DNA from: Patescibacteria group bacterium
GTDB lineage: Bacteria; Patescibacteriota; Microgenomatia; UBA1400; PJMF01
Reading direction: 5' to 3'
Length of the DNA: 56,855 nucleotides
NCBI GenBank assembly: GCA_049322575.1
Contig: JBMORQ010000024.1
Coordinates: forward strand, 1-56,855
The notes under the pieces: model-generated
Told to the model about the DNA's origin: nothing
The model's database searches: none
The model's input: only the letters and a program-made list of their open reading frames with translations
Shown here: positions 28,901-38,593 of the stretch, one piece after another
Numbering within the stretch: the stretch's first letter is position 1
Layout of the letters: the number at the start of each line of letters is the position of its first letter
Position numbers and translations under genes: made by a program

Positions 28901-29357
28901 ATTTTGTTTCTGTGTATTTTAGCATTAAAACTCAGAATGTTAAGTTATTGGCTTGTCTGGTTGTACTTGACTAAACGACAAACCCCGCGAACAAAAAGGC
29001 TCACTCTTTAACAAACTAGTTGGGGCAGGAAACTAGTGAATTAATCTGAAATTTAAAGCTAAAGCTCGACAACATTTTTTGCAATATATGTCGAACTAAG
29101 TGTCTTATAATATCACAAAAGAGGTTGGTGCGCAATAATCTCTCTTGGGGTCGCCCGAGCAGAATACTCAGCAGTAGATTTTCAAAAACACATTTGCCAC
29201 AATACCTATAGAGTTGGACAAAAACGTGAGTCAAGGACCGCAAGCCTGGGACGCGACTAATCAACCATAACACAGCTTGCCAGCAACTCCCAGGCCTTTT
29301 ATGATGCTACTGGCAAACCACTTCAACTGTGACTCTTTAACAGAGAGAACTAAAAGA

Positions 29358-29413
29358 TTAGACTCCTGCTAGGCAAGATCTTGTAATAAAAATGTTATTC
29401 CACTACAAGTATA
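29358..29413 (+). repeat. Repeat-family copy (weak left arm plus strong right module) upstream of the FtsB-like gene
   Basis: TAGACTCCTGCTAGG...CTTGTAATAAAAATGTTATTCCACTACAAGTATA, with the right module at 29380-29413. A TTGACA hexamer lies immediately 3' of it (29414-29419). Confidence 0.7.
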
Positions 29414-29549
29414 TTGACAGCACTAAAAAAGCAATTTGGTAATTCATAACGTGTTCAGACTTGTTGGGACATACCCCACTGGTCAAGACGTAGCAAACAA
29501 AAGATACTAATACCTGGAAACCTATCAGCTCAGGGAAGCACCATCACCA

Positions 29550-29903
29550 ATGCCAAAAATTCTTACCAACCCTTTTGTCATCTTAGCAATCACTCTACTG
29601 GCGATAACTTTTTTTCTCTCACTACAAAAAAGCGCCAAACAGGCAACATATTCCAAGCAAAGTATCGAACAGCTTGAGGCAGAGGTTCAGGAACTGGAAA
29701 AAATTCGAGATGAAGACAAGAAAAAGCTCGAATTAGCCGACAAACCTATCGCCAAAGAAAAAATTATTCGCAATGAACTTTTAATGCAAAAACCGGGAGA
29801 GTATGTGGTGCAAATTGCAGTCGAAACTGAAACAACCGCCAAAGAACTCAGCCCAACTCCTAGGCCCCCCATCCAAGCATGGATGGAGCTTTTAAGAGAA
29901 TAA
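29550..29903 (+). CDS. FtsB/DivIC-like septum formation initiator (single TM plus coiled coil)
   Basis: An N-terminal TM helix and a coiled coil are followed by the C-terminal EKIIRNELLMQKPGEYVVQI, which resembles the FtsB/DivIC family motif. Confidence 0.55.
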   Translation: MPKILTNPFVILAITLLAITFFLSLQKSAKQATYSKQSIEQLEAEVQELEKIRDEDKKKLELADKPIAKEKIIRNELLMQKPGEYVVQIAVETETTAKELSPTPRPPIQAWMELLRE

Positions 29904-29911
29904 AACGATTA

Positions 29912-30568
29912 TCAACGCTTGTTAGCCCAACCAAAAGGATCCTCTAACCAAGACTCGATGGAGGTTTTCTGTTCTTCTGTTAATAAATTTCTTTTAATCG
30001 CCTCGGACAAGATTGTGGGAAAGTCTGTTAGTGAATGAAGATTAACGCCAGCTTGGGCAAAAGCCTCGACCGACTCCTCAAAGCCATAGCTCACAATAAC
30101 CAGACAGTCAGTGACGACCGCACCAGCTTGGCGCAACGATTCCACCCCGGCCAGACTCGAACCGCCAGTGGTAACTAAATCCTCGATTAACAAGACCTTT
30201 TTTTCCTTAACATCGCCACCCTCAACCATTTTCTTGGTACCGTGGTCTTTAGCCTTTTTGCGCACAAAAACTGATGGTTTATCCAGAGAAAAGCCCAGAG
30301 CCGCGCTGTGAGGAATGCCGGCCGTCTCGATGCCTGCGATAAAATCAAACTCAAGGTGCTGGCTGGAAATGAGTTGAGAAAAACCGCCAATCACTACTTT
30401 CCACTCAGTGGTGTGAGCAGGAAAAGTGCGATTATCGACGTAAACAGGCGAAATTATGCCAGATTTAAAAGTCACAGGCTGATCAAGCGAAAAACCAACG
30501 GCCTTGATGTCAAGGAGGGCTCCAGCTACTTTTTTTGCAAGGTCTTGATTTGAGATAAGGACTGACAT
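29912..30568 (-). CDS. pyrE: Orotate phosphoribosyltransferase
   Basis: The PRPP-binding motif VLLIEDLVTTGGS is present, and the N-terminal region (FKSGIISPVYVDNR) is typical of PyrE. Confidence 0.88.
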   Translation of the reverse strand: MSVLISNQDLAKKVAGALLDIKAVGFSLDQPVTFKSGIISPVYVDNRTFPAHTTEWKVVIGGFSQLISSQHLEFDFIAGIETAGIPHSAALGFSLDKPSVFVRKKAKDHGTKKMVEGGDVKEKKVLLIEDLVTTGGSSLAGVESLRQAGAVVTDCLVIVSYGFEESVEAFAQAGVNLHSLTDFPTILSEAIKRNLLTEEQKTSIESWLEDPFGWANKR

Positions 30569-30637
30569 ATCGCTCCTTTTTTTGGGAATTAGTTGACTGT
30601 CGGGCTTTCGTCAGGTTGAAAAAAACCAACCTTCATT

Positions 30638-30666
30638 TAGATTTTATTTCGGGGCGAGATTGATTA
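30638..30666 (+). repeat. Degenerate copy of the interspersed repeat family
   Basis: TAGATTTTATTTCGGGGCGAGATTGATTA compares with ATGTTATTTCACTACAAGTCTAATA and with 35725-35750. Confidence 0.35.
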
Positions 30667-30741
30667 CCAGTGTTAGTTTTTGGGGTAAAAGAGGAGTGAA
30701 AAAAATGTGGCTGGACCGTTCAAATTTGGTCTCAAAAAATG

Positions 30742-30810
30742 TTGCGGGACTAGGAGTCGAACCTAGCCTGTGAGATTATGAGCCTCACGTGCACCGTACA
30801 CTATCCCGCG
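30742..30810 (-). tRNA. tRNA(CAT), candidate initiator tRNA-fMet, compact (69 nt without CCA)
   Basis: A manual cloverleaf gives acceptor CGCGGGA/TCCCGCA with a C1xA72 mismatch and A73 (the bacterial initiator hallmark). It has U8, a short D arm (5-nt loop), anticodon loop CTCATAA and T arm CTAGG-TTCGACT-CCTAG. The three consecutive G-C pairs expected in an initiator anticodon stem are absent. CCA is not encoded. Confidence 0.75.
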
Positions 30811-30922
30811 ATTTTTGTTTGTTAACTTCCCAACCCGTTTGCTAACCCAAACTTGGTTTAATAGAAGACGTCTATTGTATCACGATTGGCCATTTTTAAG
30901 AAGCCAACAACCTATCAGTGCG

Positions 30923-30931
30923 TGTTATAAT
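30923..30931 (+). promoter_or_regulatory. Extended -10 promoter element upstream of tRNA-Met
   Basis: TGTTATAAT (TGn plus a perfect TATAAT) ends 38 nt upstream of the tRNA 5' end. Confidence 0.55.
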
Positions 30932-30969
30932 CTTAACTCGTAAATCCATCGTTTTAAGATGGTACGAAT

Positions 30970-31043
30970 GGCAAGGTAGCTCAGTTGGTTAGAGCATCGG
31001 ATTCATAAACCGAAGGTCCTGGGTTCGATTCCCAGCCTTGCTA
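30970..31043 (+). tRNA. tRNA(CAT), elongator Met-like (Ile2/lysidine type cannot be excluded)
   Basis: The cloverleaf has acceptor GGCAAGG/CCTTGCT (G1-U72), D arm GCTC-AGTTGGTTA-GAGC, anticodon loop TTCATAA and T arm CTGGG-TTCGATT-CCCAG. CCA is not encoded. Confidence 0.85.
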
Positions 31044-31202
31044 CAAAACTTACCACCGTCAAAATTGCTGCTGCAAGACTTGGCGGTCTGAGCCCCAAGT
31101 TAAAAAACTCAAAAACAAAGCAAAAAGCTCCCAAATCCTTGTTAGACAACTTTGAGCAAAGAAAAAACAGCCGAAAAGCCAAGAGTTTCTGAACACCTAC
31201 AA

Positions 31203-31257
31203 TAGACTTTTAGTGAAATAACATTTTTATTACAAAATTTATTTCGCTACAAGTCTA
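31203..31257. repeat. Hairpin form of the interspersed repeat family (two inverted cores)
   Basis: TAGACTTTTAGTGAAATAA-(17 nt)-TTATTTCGCTACAAGTCTA pairs at 17 of 19 positions. It lies 8 nt from the stop of ORF 31265-31759. Confidence 0.85.
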
Positions 31258-31264
31258 ATAAAAA

Positions 31265-31759
31265 TTAATCGTACAGATATTTTAATTCAATCTCGTATAA
31301 AACCGGAACGTATTGTTCCTGGCTATTGATCACCTCGCACATCATGCGATAGCGACGCCTGGTATCGTCGGTCGTCTCGCCCTCAAAACGGCGATAGAGT
31401 TTGCTGCCTTGGTTATCGCCATATGCAATGCGATTTTTGTAGAGCTTGTAGAGTTCTCTCAGGCCAGACAAGTGGTGCTGCGAATGGTCAGTAAAAACTA
31501 CTTCAGAGCCTTCTTGGGTTGAATTGCGCTTAGCTGTAACTGTACAGGAAATACCACCACCTGAACGGATCACATAGACTTTTAATTCGCAATCGTCTGG
31601 AGAACGAGAAACAATCTCGGTATCATAAACATTATTTTTGTACTCACCATAGCGGTTGCGATAGGTGATGTAAATCAAGGCTTTTTTTAAGTTAAGCCGG
31701 ACTGGCCGATTCCATAGGTAGGCGGTCAAGGCCACGACGCACATCGAATGTGGTTGCAT
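31265..31759 (-). CDS. Hypothetical protein, 164 aa
   Basis: An ORF with protein-like composition and no recognisable motif, adjacent to a repeat-family hairpin. Confidence 0.5.
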   Translation of the reverse strand: MQPHSMCVVALTAYLWNRPVRLNLKKALIYITYRNRYGEYKNNVYDTEIVSRSPDDCELKVYVIRSGGGISCTVTAKRNSTQEGSEVVFTDHSQHHLSGLRELYKLYKNRIAYGDNQGSKLYRRFEGETTDDTRRRYRMMCEVINSQEQYVPVLYEIELKYLYD

Positions 31760-31898
31760 ATTGCAGGTATTTTATATCTACCAGAGGGAATTGCAATAAG
31801 CCAGGAATACAGTTTTGGCCAACTCGAGCGACTTAAATTTAATTACTTGACGTCTTTGACGCGTTCTTCGTGCTATGAAGTCTGCTCTGGAAGCCTGA

Positions 31899-32462
31899 TT
31901 AAATCTTTCCCACTAATTCCATACTTGGTTTGAGAGTTTTTTCTCCTGGCTGCCAACTTGCCGGACAGACCTCGCCACCATGCTCGCGCACAAACTGCGC
32001 TGCCTGGACTTTGCGAATTAATTCGTTGGCGCTGCGACCAATGTCATTGTTGTTGATCTCCATAGCCTTGAGAACCCCATCAGGATCGATCAAAAAGGTG
32101 CCGCGCAAGGCAACACCCTCTTCCTCAAGATAAACACCAAACTCCCGAGACAAATTGCCGGTTGGATCGGCCAACATTGGGAACTTGATCTTATGAATAA
32201 CCTTGGACGAGTCATGCCAGGCTTTGTGAACATAAACTGTGTCAGTGCTGACACTCAAAACCTCCACGTCCATTTGTTGTAACTGTTGATAGTTATCTGC
32301 CACTTCGCCTAACTCTGTTGGGCAAACAAAAGTAAAATCAGCTGGATAGAAGAATAAGACAAGCCACTTGCCCTTTAGCTTGGCAGAGTCGATTTTAATA
32401 ATCTGACCATTTTGGAAAGCGTCAGCTGTAAAGGGGGCGATTGCTTGATTAACTTGTAGCAT
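31899..32462 (-). CDS. ahpC: Typical 2-Cys peroxiredoxin (AhpC/Prx1 type)
   Basis: The peroxidatic Cys lies in FYPADFTFVCPTE and the resolving Cys in GEVCPASW. Confidence 0.92.
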   Translation of the reverse strand: MLQVNQAIAPFTADAFQNGQIIKIDSAKLKGKWLVLFFYPADFTFVCPTELGEVADNYQQLQQMDVEVLSVSTDTVYVHKAWHDSSKVIHKIKFPMLADPTGNLSREFGVYLEEEGVALRGTFLIDPDGVLKAMEINNNDIGRSANELIRKVQAAQFVREHGGEVCPASWQPGEKTLKPSMELVGKI

Positions 32463-32488
32463 AGGTCCTTTCTTAAAAAAAGCTTCGT

Positions 32489-32516
32489 CAATTCTCTTGT
32501 GGCAATTCTCTTGTGG
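32489..32516. repeat. Perfect tandem duplication of a 14-mer upstream of ahpC
   Basis: CAATTCTCTTGTGG occurs twice (32489-32502 and 32503-32516), 27-54 nt upstream of the ahpC start. Confidence 0.9.
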
Positions 32517-32644
32517 CTATATTCTGTTACTCACATTTTAGACACAAGCCAGAAAAATGCAAAAGATGTTGGAATGACAAGTCCCGGAAAGTATCTACCT
32601 GATCTCTCAGGCTCAAATCCGGTACCAACGATGTAAATTCTAAC

Positions 32645-32677
32645 AAAAACCCCGGTGGTTGACCGGGGCTTTCTTTT
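32645..32677 (-). terminator. Intrinsic terminator downstream of groEL (bidirectional architecture)
   Basis: AAAAA-CCCCGGT-ggttg-ACCGGGG-cTTTCTTTT lies 25 nt after the groEL stop. Confidence 0.8.
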
Positions 32678-32702
32678 CAAAGTCAGAATTTAGCAATCCA
32701 TC

Positions 32703-34397
<1,695 letters not shown>

Positions 34398-34420
34398 TCA
34401 CATACGCATTTTAGCCAAAG

Positions 34421-34789
34421 CTATTTGATACCGTTTTCTTCTAAAACGGTATTAATTGCCACATCAAGGGGCATATCACCTTTTTGATGAATAACTGCCA
34501 AAATGTCTTCGAACTTTAAAAATTGATACTCAACATCGTCAATTTTGACGTCATTACCACCCCATTTTTTATAGATGACACTTTGACCAACCTTGACTGG
34601 GCATTTGACGGTTGCACCTTCGACAACTGTGTCACCACCACAAGCCAAGACTTTACCATGCTGTGGCTTTTCATCGGAGGATTCTGGCAAATAAATGCCT
34701 GAGGAAGTTTTTTCCTCGGCTGCAGCTGGCTCTACTAAAACATAACCAGCCAGGGGTTTAAGTTGTGAGACCTTGATCGAGAGGGACAT
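34421..34789 (-). CDS. groS: Co-chaperonin GroES with a C-terminal extension of about 25 aa
   Basis: LKPLAGYVLVEP...SGIYLP (mobile loop) is typical of GroES. At 122 aa it is longer than the usual ~95 aa. Confidence 0.92.
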   Translation of the reverse strand: MSLSIKVSQLKPLAGYVLVEPAAAEEKTSSGIYLPESSDEKPQHGKVLACGGDTVVEGATVKCPVKVGQSVIYKKWGGNDVKIDDVEYQFLKFEDILAVIHQKGDMPLDVAINTVLEENGIK

Positions 34790-34904
34790 GGGTTCCTTTC
34801 TTTGCTTTGTCCGAAAAATATTACTAATTGATACTAATATTTGCGCCTACCAACCGGCAGCTTGAGCATTTTTGCTGATTTTTCTGCCTGGAGATGAGGC
34901 ACTT

Positions 34905-34963
34905 CTAGCAGACGAGAAAGCTGTCTGCTACTTTCACTAGCAGTTATCTTAAAAGACTGCTAA
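34905..34963 (-). promoter_or_regulatory. Two CIRCE-variant inverted repeats upstream of groES
   Basis: CTAGCAGAC-gagaaagct-GTCTGCTAC (34905-34931) has a perfect 8-bp IR with a 9-nt spacer. CTAGCAGTT-atcttaaaa-GACTGCTAA lies at 34937-34963. Confidence 0.7.
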
Positions 34964-34974
34964 AAAAGTGTCAA
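34946..34974 (-). promoter_or_regulatory. Sigma70-type promoter of groES-groEL
   Basis: The minus strand reads TTGACA (34974-34969), a 17-nt spacer, then TAAGAT (34951-34946). The spacer and -10 overlap the second CIRCE-variant repeat. Confidence 0.6.
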
Positions 34975-35043
34975 TGGGAAAAAATAAACAAAAAATTTAT
35001 TTAGTTTCTTTGCTTTAATCGAAAATTATTGCTAGGAATTTCC

Positions 35044-35601
35044 TCAAACCACTCCCACTTCGCTCAATAAAAAGCCTTCGCAATCCAAGCCCTTGTTCTT
35101 GAAATGCTCGTTGAGATCATCACGAATAATTTCCTCGACACGAGTGCGATGAGCCTTGACCTGATCCAGGGTAAGGTCACTAAAAACAGCCGAGATGCGG
35201 CTACGAGAAAACGGTCGTACAACTTTAGAGACCACGTGTTCACCGATCGTTTCCCAGAGCTCAGGAGCGTTTTTGCGGTCGATTTTAAACAAAATCGAGC
35301 CTTCGATCGAGACGTTGTAACCATCTTTAGTGTTGGCAATTATCGGTTCGTCACCCAGAGCCTCTTTGTTCTGAGAAGTATCAAACTGACGACGAATGGA
35401 ATACTCGAGTATTTGGGCATTAAAAAGCTTAGCAACTTGTAGGAAAGGTACCTTGAGGTGCAAACCTGGGCCCCAAACGTGAGGTAAAACACCACGGATG
35501 CGATCATAAACGCAGGCGATGTGGCCGGGTGGCACAGAAATAAAAAAGCCACCAACCACCTCATCAACTAAAAAAGACACAACCAATTTATCAAATTCCA
35601 T
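35044..35601 (-). CDS. SPFH/band 7 (prohibitin-like) domain protein, short form
   Basis: It has an N-terminal hydrophobic segment followed by an SPFH-like core (PGLHLKVPFLQ...TKDGYNVSIEGSILFKI). Confidence 0.7.
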   Translation of the reverse strand: MEFDKLVVSFLVDEVVGGFFISVPPGHIACVYDRIRGVLPHVWGPGLHLKVPFLQVAKLFNAQILEYSIRRQFDTSQNKEALGDEPIIANTKDGYNVSIEGSILFKIDRKNAPELWETIGEHVVSKVVRPFSRSRISAVFSDLTLDQVKAHRTRVEEIIRDDLNEHFKNKGLDCEGFLLSEVGVV

Positions 35602-35724
35602 AGCTGGTATTGTACAGGTTCCTCTAAAGGGTGTCTATGAATGCTAGAAAAACTGACAAGACGAGCGAATATCAAATAGGCAAAGCCTTTGGGCATCCAT
35701 GTTGGCAGAATCTGTTCGATCAAA

Positions 35725-35750
35725 AGATTTTATTTCGCAGCAAGCTTATT
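35725..35750 (+). repeat. Degenerate copy of the interspersed repeat family overlapping the yidC stop
   Basis: AGATTTTATTTCGCAGCAAGCTTATT compares with ATGTTATTTCACTACAAGTCTAAT. Confidence 0.4.
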
Positions 35751-36531
35751 CTTTTATCTCGATGAGAACCTTCTCTTCTGCTGGCATCAATTCTGCTTGC
35801 TCCCGCTTAATTCGGTACTCCTCGAAACGTCGCATAATCGCTTTGCAGATTGTCAGCACAATACTGAAACAGAGAGTGGTAATAACAAAAAGTTTTTTAC
35901 CGGCTGGCAAGTTCATAAAAATCAAAAATGAAACAATGGGTAGGATAAGTTGGAGGCGCACAGCGTCGGCACGGGTTTGAGGATAGGCTGAGGTGTAAAT
36001 TGAAACCGTTTCAAGGACAAAGATCAGCAGAGTTTGCAATAAATTGAGAAAGAGATGGGGATGGGTTAGGTCGTACTTGCCCAGAAAAACCAAGTTGAGT
36101 GGCGTTTTAATCTCGGGCATAAAACTATAGACCAAATGAAAATCATCTCCAGACAAACCACTAGCAAAAATTCTCCACAACATTAAAGCTATGGCGGTTT
36201 GGATTAGCAAGGAAAACACTTCTGCAATTAAAACACCTCGACTTTCCTTAAGCACCACTCGTTTACGATCTCGCAAGACAATTGGTTCTGCAGCATACTC
36301 TGCCTCGATTTCCTTGATTTGTCTTGCTATTTCTCGTTTTTGCTCCTCTGAATTATGCCCTCGTAGTGACAATGGCAGCATTAAGAATCTAATAAAAAGT
36401 GTTAGGAGAATGACTGCAACACCCATGTCTGGTTGACCATGAGTAACCTTGTCCAATAAATAATAAATAAACAACAAGACATTGAAGAATGGCTGATAAA
36501 CAATAATTGTAAAAATTTGTTCTATACCCAT
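35746..36531 (-). CDS. yidC: Membrane protein insertase YidC (short, Gram-positive/Oxa1-like form)
   Basis: It has five predicted TM helices. The first is followed by GVAVILLTLFIRFLMLPLSL and a positively charged coiled loop, as in the YidC/Oxa1 family. Confidence 0.82.
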   Translation of the reverse strand: MGIEQIFTIIVYQPFFNVLLFIYYLLDKVTHGQPDMGVAVILLTLFIRFLMLPLSLRGHNSEEQKREIARQIKEIEAEYAAEPIVLRDRKRVVLKESRGVLIAEVFSLLIQTAIALMLWRIFASGLSGDDFHLVYSFMPEIKTPLNLVFLGKYDLTHPHLFLNLLQTLLIFVLETVSIYTSAYPQTRADAVRLQLILPIVSFLIFMNLPAGKKLFVITTLCFSIVLTICKAIMRRFEEYRIKREQAELMPAEEKVLIEIKE

Positions 36532-36604
36532 AGTTCGCTCTTTTAATGATTTTAATTGCCCACACTCACAGGCAGAGAACTCCCGCTTGATTAGTACTGA
36601 ATTT

Positions 36605-36630
36605 TAGACTTTTGTTTTGAAAAATGAATC
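36605..36630 (-). repeat. Degenerate copy of the interspersed repeat family upstream of yidC
   Basis: TAGACTTTTGTTTTGAAAAATGAATC compares with TAGACTTTTAGTGAAATAACATTTTT. Confidence 0.35.
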
Positions 36631-36658
36631 AGTAAATCTATTGCTAAAAGTAGTTGGA

Positions 36659-37051
36659 TTAAAACACAACTGGGCCATCAACATCATGGCGTAAACTTTG
36701 TAAAATACTTGTGATTTCCCTTAAGCTGGTTACAAACTGGCTGGAAAGCTCCATCGCTTCATTATCCATCTGCAAACCATCAATCACCTGGAAAGAGCTA
36801 TCCATGAATGTTTCCATCATCTGACTAACAAAGTCAGCGTTCTCCAAAAACCACTTCTTACGAGAAGTTCTATCCAACTTAACAACATCACGCAGAATCT
36901 CATTGGCTTGGCTTATTTGACGAGCTTTTAGATAGAGCTCGAATTTCTCCTCACCAGGCGTGTCTGTTGATGGGTCAAAGCTGAAAGACCAACTTCCGCT
37001 AGGAGTATTTTTATTTTTCATGCAAGCATTTCCTATTTTAACCAGTTGCAT
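36659..37051 (-). CDS. Hypothetical protein (130 aa, or 120 aa from the ATG at 37021), predicted helical
   Basis: An ORF with protein-like composition and no recognisable motif. The repeat element starts 17 nt upstream. Confidence 0.5.
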   Translation of the reverse strand: MQLVKIGNACMKNKNTPSGSWSFSFDPSTDTPGEEKFELYLKARQISQANEILRDVVKLDRTSRKKWFLENADFVSQMMETFMDSSFQVIDGLQMDNEAMELSSQFVTSLREITSILQSLRHDVDGPVVF

Positions 37052-37067
37052 TCTGTGTCAACTTCAT

Positions 37068-37235
37068 TAGACTTCCCGCGAAATATGATTTTGTAGTTAA
37101 AACTGATTTGTCTGAGCTAAAAAGCTGCTGTCCTGACGAGGTAGTCACATAACTAACTCGAGCGTGCAAACAATCTTGGTAGCTCTAAAAAAAGCAGTTT
37201 TGTAACAAAAATGTTATTACGCAACATGTCCATTA
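37068..37235 (+). repeat. Composite copy of the interspersed repeat family between a divergent gene pair
   Basis: The left module TAGACTTCCCGCGAAATATGATTTTGTAGTTAAAACTGA is an imperfect inverted repeat of the right module GCAGTTTTGTAACAAAAATGTTATTACGCAACATGTCCA. The internal hairpin CGAGGTAGT/ACTAACTCG (37137-37160) is homologous to the one at 180-203, with one A-T to G-C compensatory pair. Confidence 0.75.
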
Positions 37236-37342
37236 TAACAAGTGGCGCAATAGTTCGAGATATAGTTAAGATAAAAATGCTTAAACTCAATTGAGAAGTG
37301 AAGGTCAACATCTATCTCGAGAAAACCGATATATAATACGTC

Positions 37343-38593
37343 ATGGAAATTTTGCAGCTCACCATAAACAATCCACAGCAGTTGGATGAAAGTCAAACCA
37401 ACGAGGAACGAGACATAGTTGACAATGCCGTCAAGTGTTTGTTGTCCGGTGGTTTAATCATTTACCCGACGGAAACGGTCTATGGCATAGGTGCTGACGC
37501 AGAGAATCCTCAGGCTGTGGCAAAGCTTTTGCGATACAAAGAGAGACGAGAAGGCAAACCACTTTCGATTGCTGTTACGAATCAAGACATGGCAGAAAAA
37601 TATGTTGAACTCAATCAACAAGCCCGCAATATCTATCGGAAGTTTTTGCCTGGACCTTTTACGGTGGTCTCGAAGAATCTTGGCAGAGTTGCTCCAGGAG
37701 TTGCTTCAGAATTCAACACCCTGGGCGTGAGAATTCCGAGTCATCGATTAATCTTGGCAATTGTCAAAAAACTTGGTCATGCAATTACGGCTACATCGGC
37801 CAACCCCAGTGGTGAAAAAAACCCCTACACTTTGGATGACATTTTCTGTAAGTTGTCAGAACGACAAAAAAGATTGGTTGATCTTGCTATTGATGCTGGC
37901 ACACTACCTCACAATCAACCCTCAACTGTGATCGACACAACCCTTTCAACACCTATTACTCTAAGGAAGGGCGACCGCGACATTCTTGACCCAGAGATGC
38001 AGGAAAAAATGAGTTTGCTTGATGACACCACCAGGCCTGGAACTACATCGTTGGCAAATGGTGCAAATGCGCAATTGCGCAATTCAGCAACTTCATCTTT
38101 CTCTTTACCTTCGGCTTCTGAAAGTGACACTCAAGGTATTGCGGGTCGACTCTTGCTCAAACACTGGAATGAATTGCGCAAATCTGGGTTAATCATAGGT
38201 TTGGACGGACCATTGGGAGCTGGTAAAACCATCTTTGCCAAAGGAATTGCCCAGTTTTTAGGTATAGAAGAAAATATTGTTTCACCAACATATTCTTATA
38301 TAAATGAGTATGATTTTTTGCGTCATCAAGTGCCGGGAAAATTGTTCCATTTGGACGTCTGGAAAATTGACACCGCAGAGCAATTTATCTTACTTGAGTT
38401 TGACAAAATGCTGGCTCCAAACCATCTAATTTTAATAGAGTGGTGGGATCAGATTAAGCCCTTCATACCAGTAAGCATGATGAGCAATCAGGCAATAAAA
38501 AACCTCATTGAAATCGAGATTCGACCCCAAAAGAACAATCTCTCAAATCCTGCAAACAACCGCTTGCTCATCATCAAAGAACCCAAAACATGA
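37343..38593 (+). CDS. Fusion protein: threonylcarbamoyl-AMP synthase TsaC/YrdC domain (N-terminal) plus t6A ATPase TsaE (C-terminal)
   Basis: The N-terminal half carries YrdC motifs (IIYPTETVYGIGADA...KGRxxxKPLSI...TSAN). The C-terminal ~140 aa carry TsaE motifs (GLDGPLGAGKT, SPTYSY, HLDVW). A low-complexity linker of about 55 aa joins them. Confidence 0.85.
   Translation: MEILQLTINNPQQLDESQTNEERDIVDNAVKCLLSGGLIIYPTETVYGIGADAENPQAVAKLLRYKERREGKPLSIAVTNQDMAEKYVELNQQARNIYRKFLPGPFTVVSKNLGRVAPGVASEFNTLGVRIPSHRLILAIVKKLGHAITATSANPSGEKNPYTLDDIFCKLSERQKRLVDLAIDAGTLPHNQPSTVIDTTLSTPITLRKGDRDILDPEMQEKMSLLDDTTRPGTTSLANGANAQLRNSATSSFSLPSASESDTQGIAGRLLLKHWNELRKSGLIIGLDGPLGAGKTIFAKGIAQFLGIEENIVSPTYSYINEYDFLRHQVPGKLFHLDVWKIDTAEQFILLEFDKMLAPNHLILIEWWDQIKPFIPVSMMSNQAIKNLIEIEIRPQKNNLSNPANNRLLIIKEPKT

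Noticed and set aside
29016-29273. 85-aa minus-strand ORF from the ORF track
   Set aside because: Its composition is Cys/Leu/Arg-rich and not protein-like. It has no SD or plausible promoter and lies in a region better explained as non-coding. It is probably spurious.
28901-29340. tmRNA, RNase P RNA, SRP RNA or 6S RNA in the long gap next to the recombinase gene
   Set aside because: None of these signatures was found on either strand:
- tmRNA: no GGGGCUGAUUCUGGAUUCGAC-type 5' end, no T-arm/CCACCA 3' end and no tag ORF ending in a stop.
- RNase P RNA: no GAGGAAAGUCC P4 motif.
- SRP RNA: no GGAAGCAGC helix-8 motif.
6S RNA cannot be excluded by eye.
28025-31043. Integrase plus tRNA as the edge of an integrated genomic island
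   Set aside because: The recombinase is 1.8 kb from the nearest tRNA, and housekeeping genes (ftsB-like, pyrE) lie between them. I saw no direct repeat of a tRNA 3' end. The protein looks like a chromosomal XerC/D-type enzyme. This cannot be fully excluded without whole-genome context.
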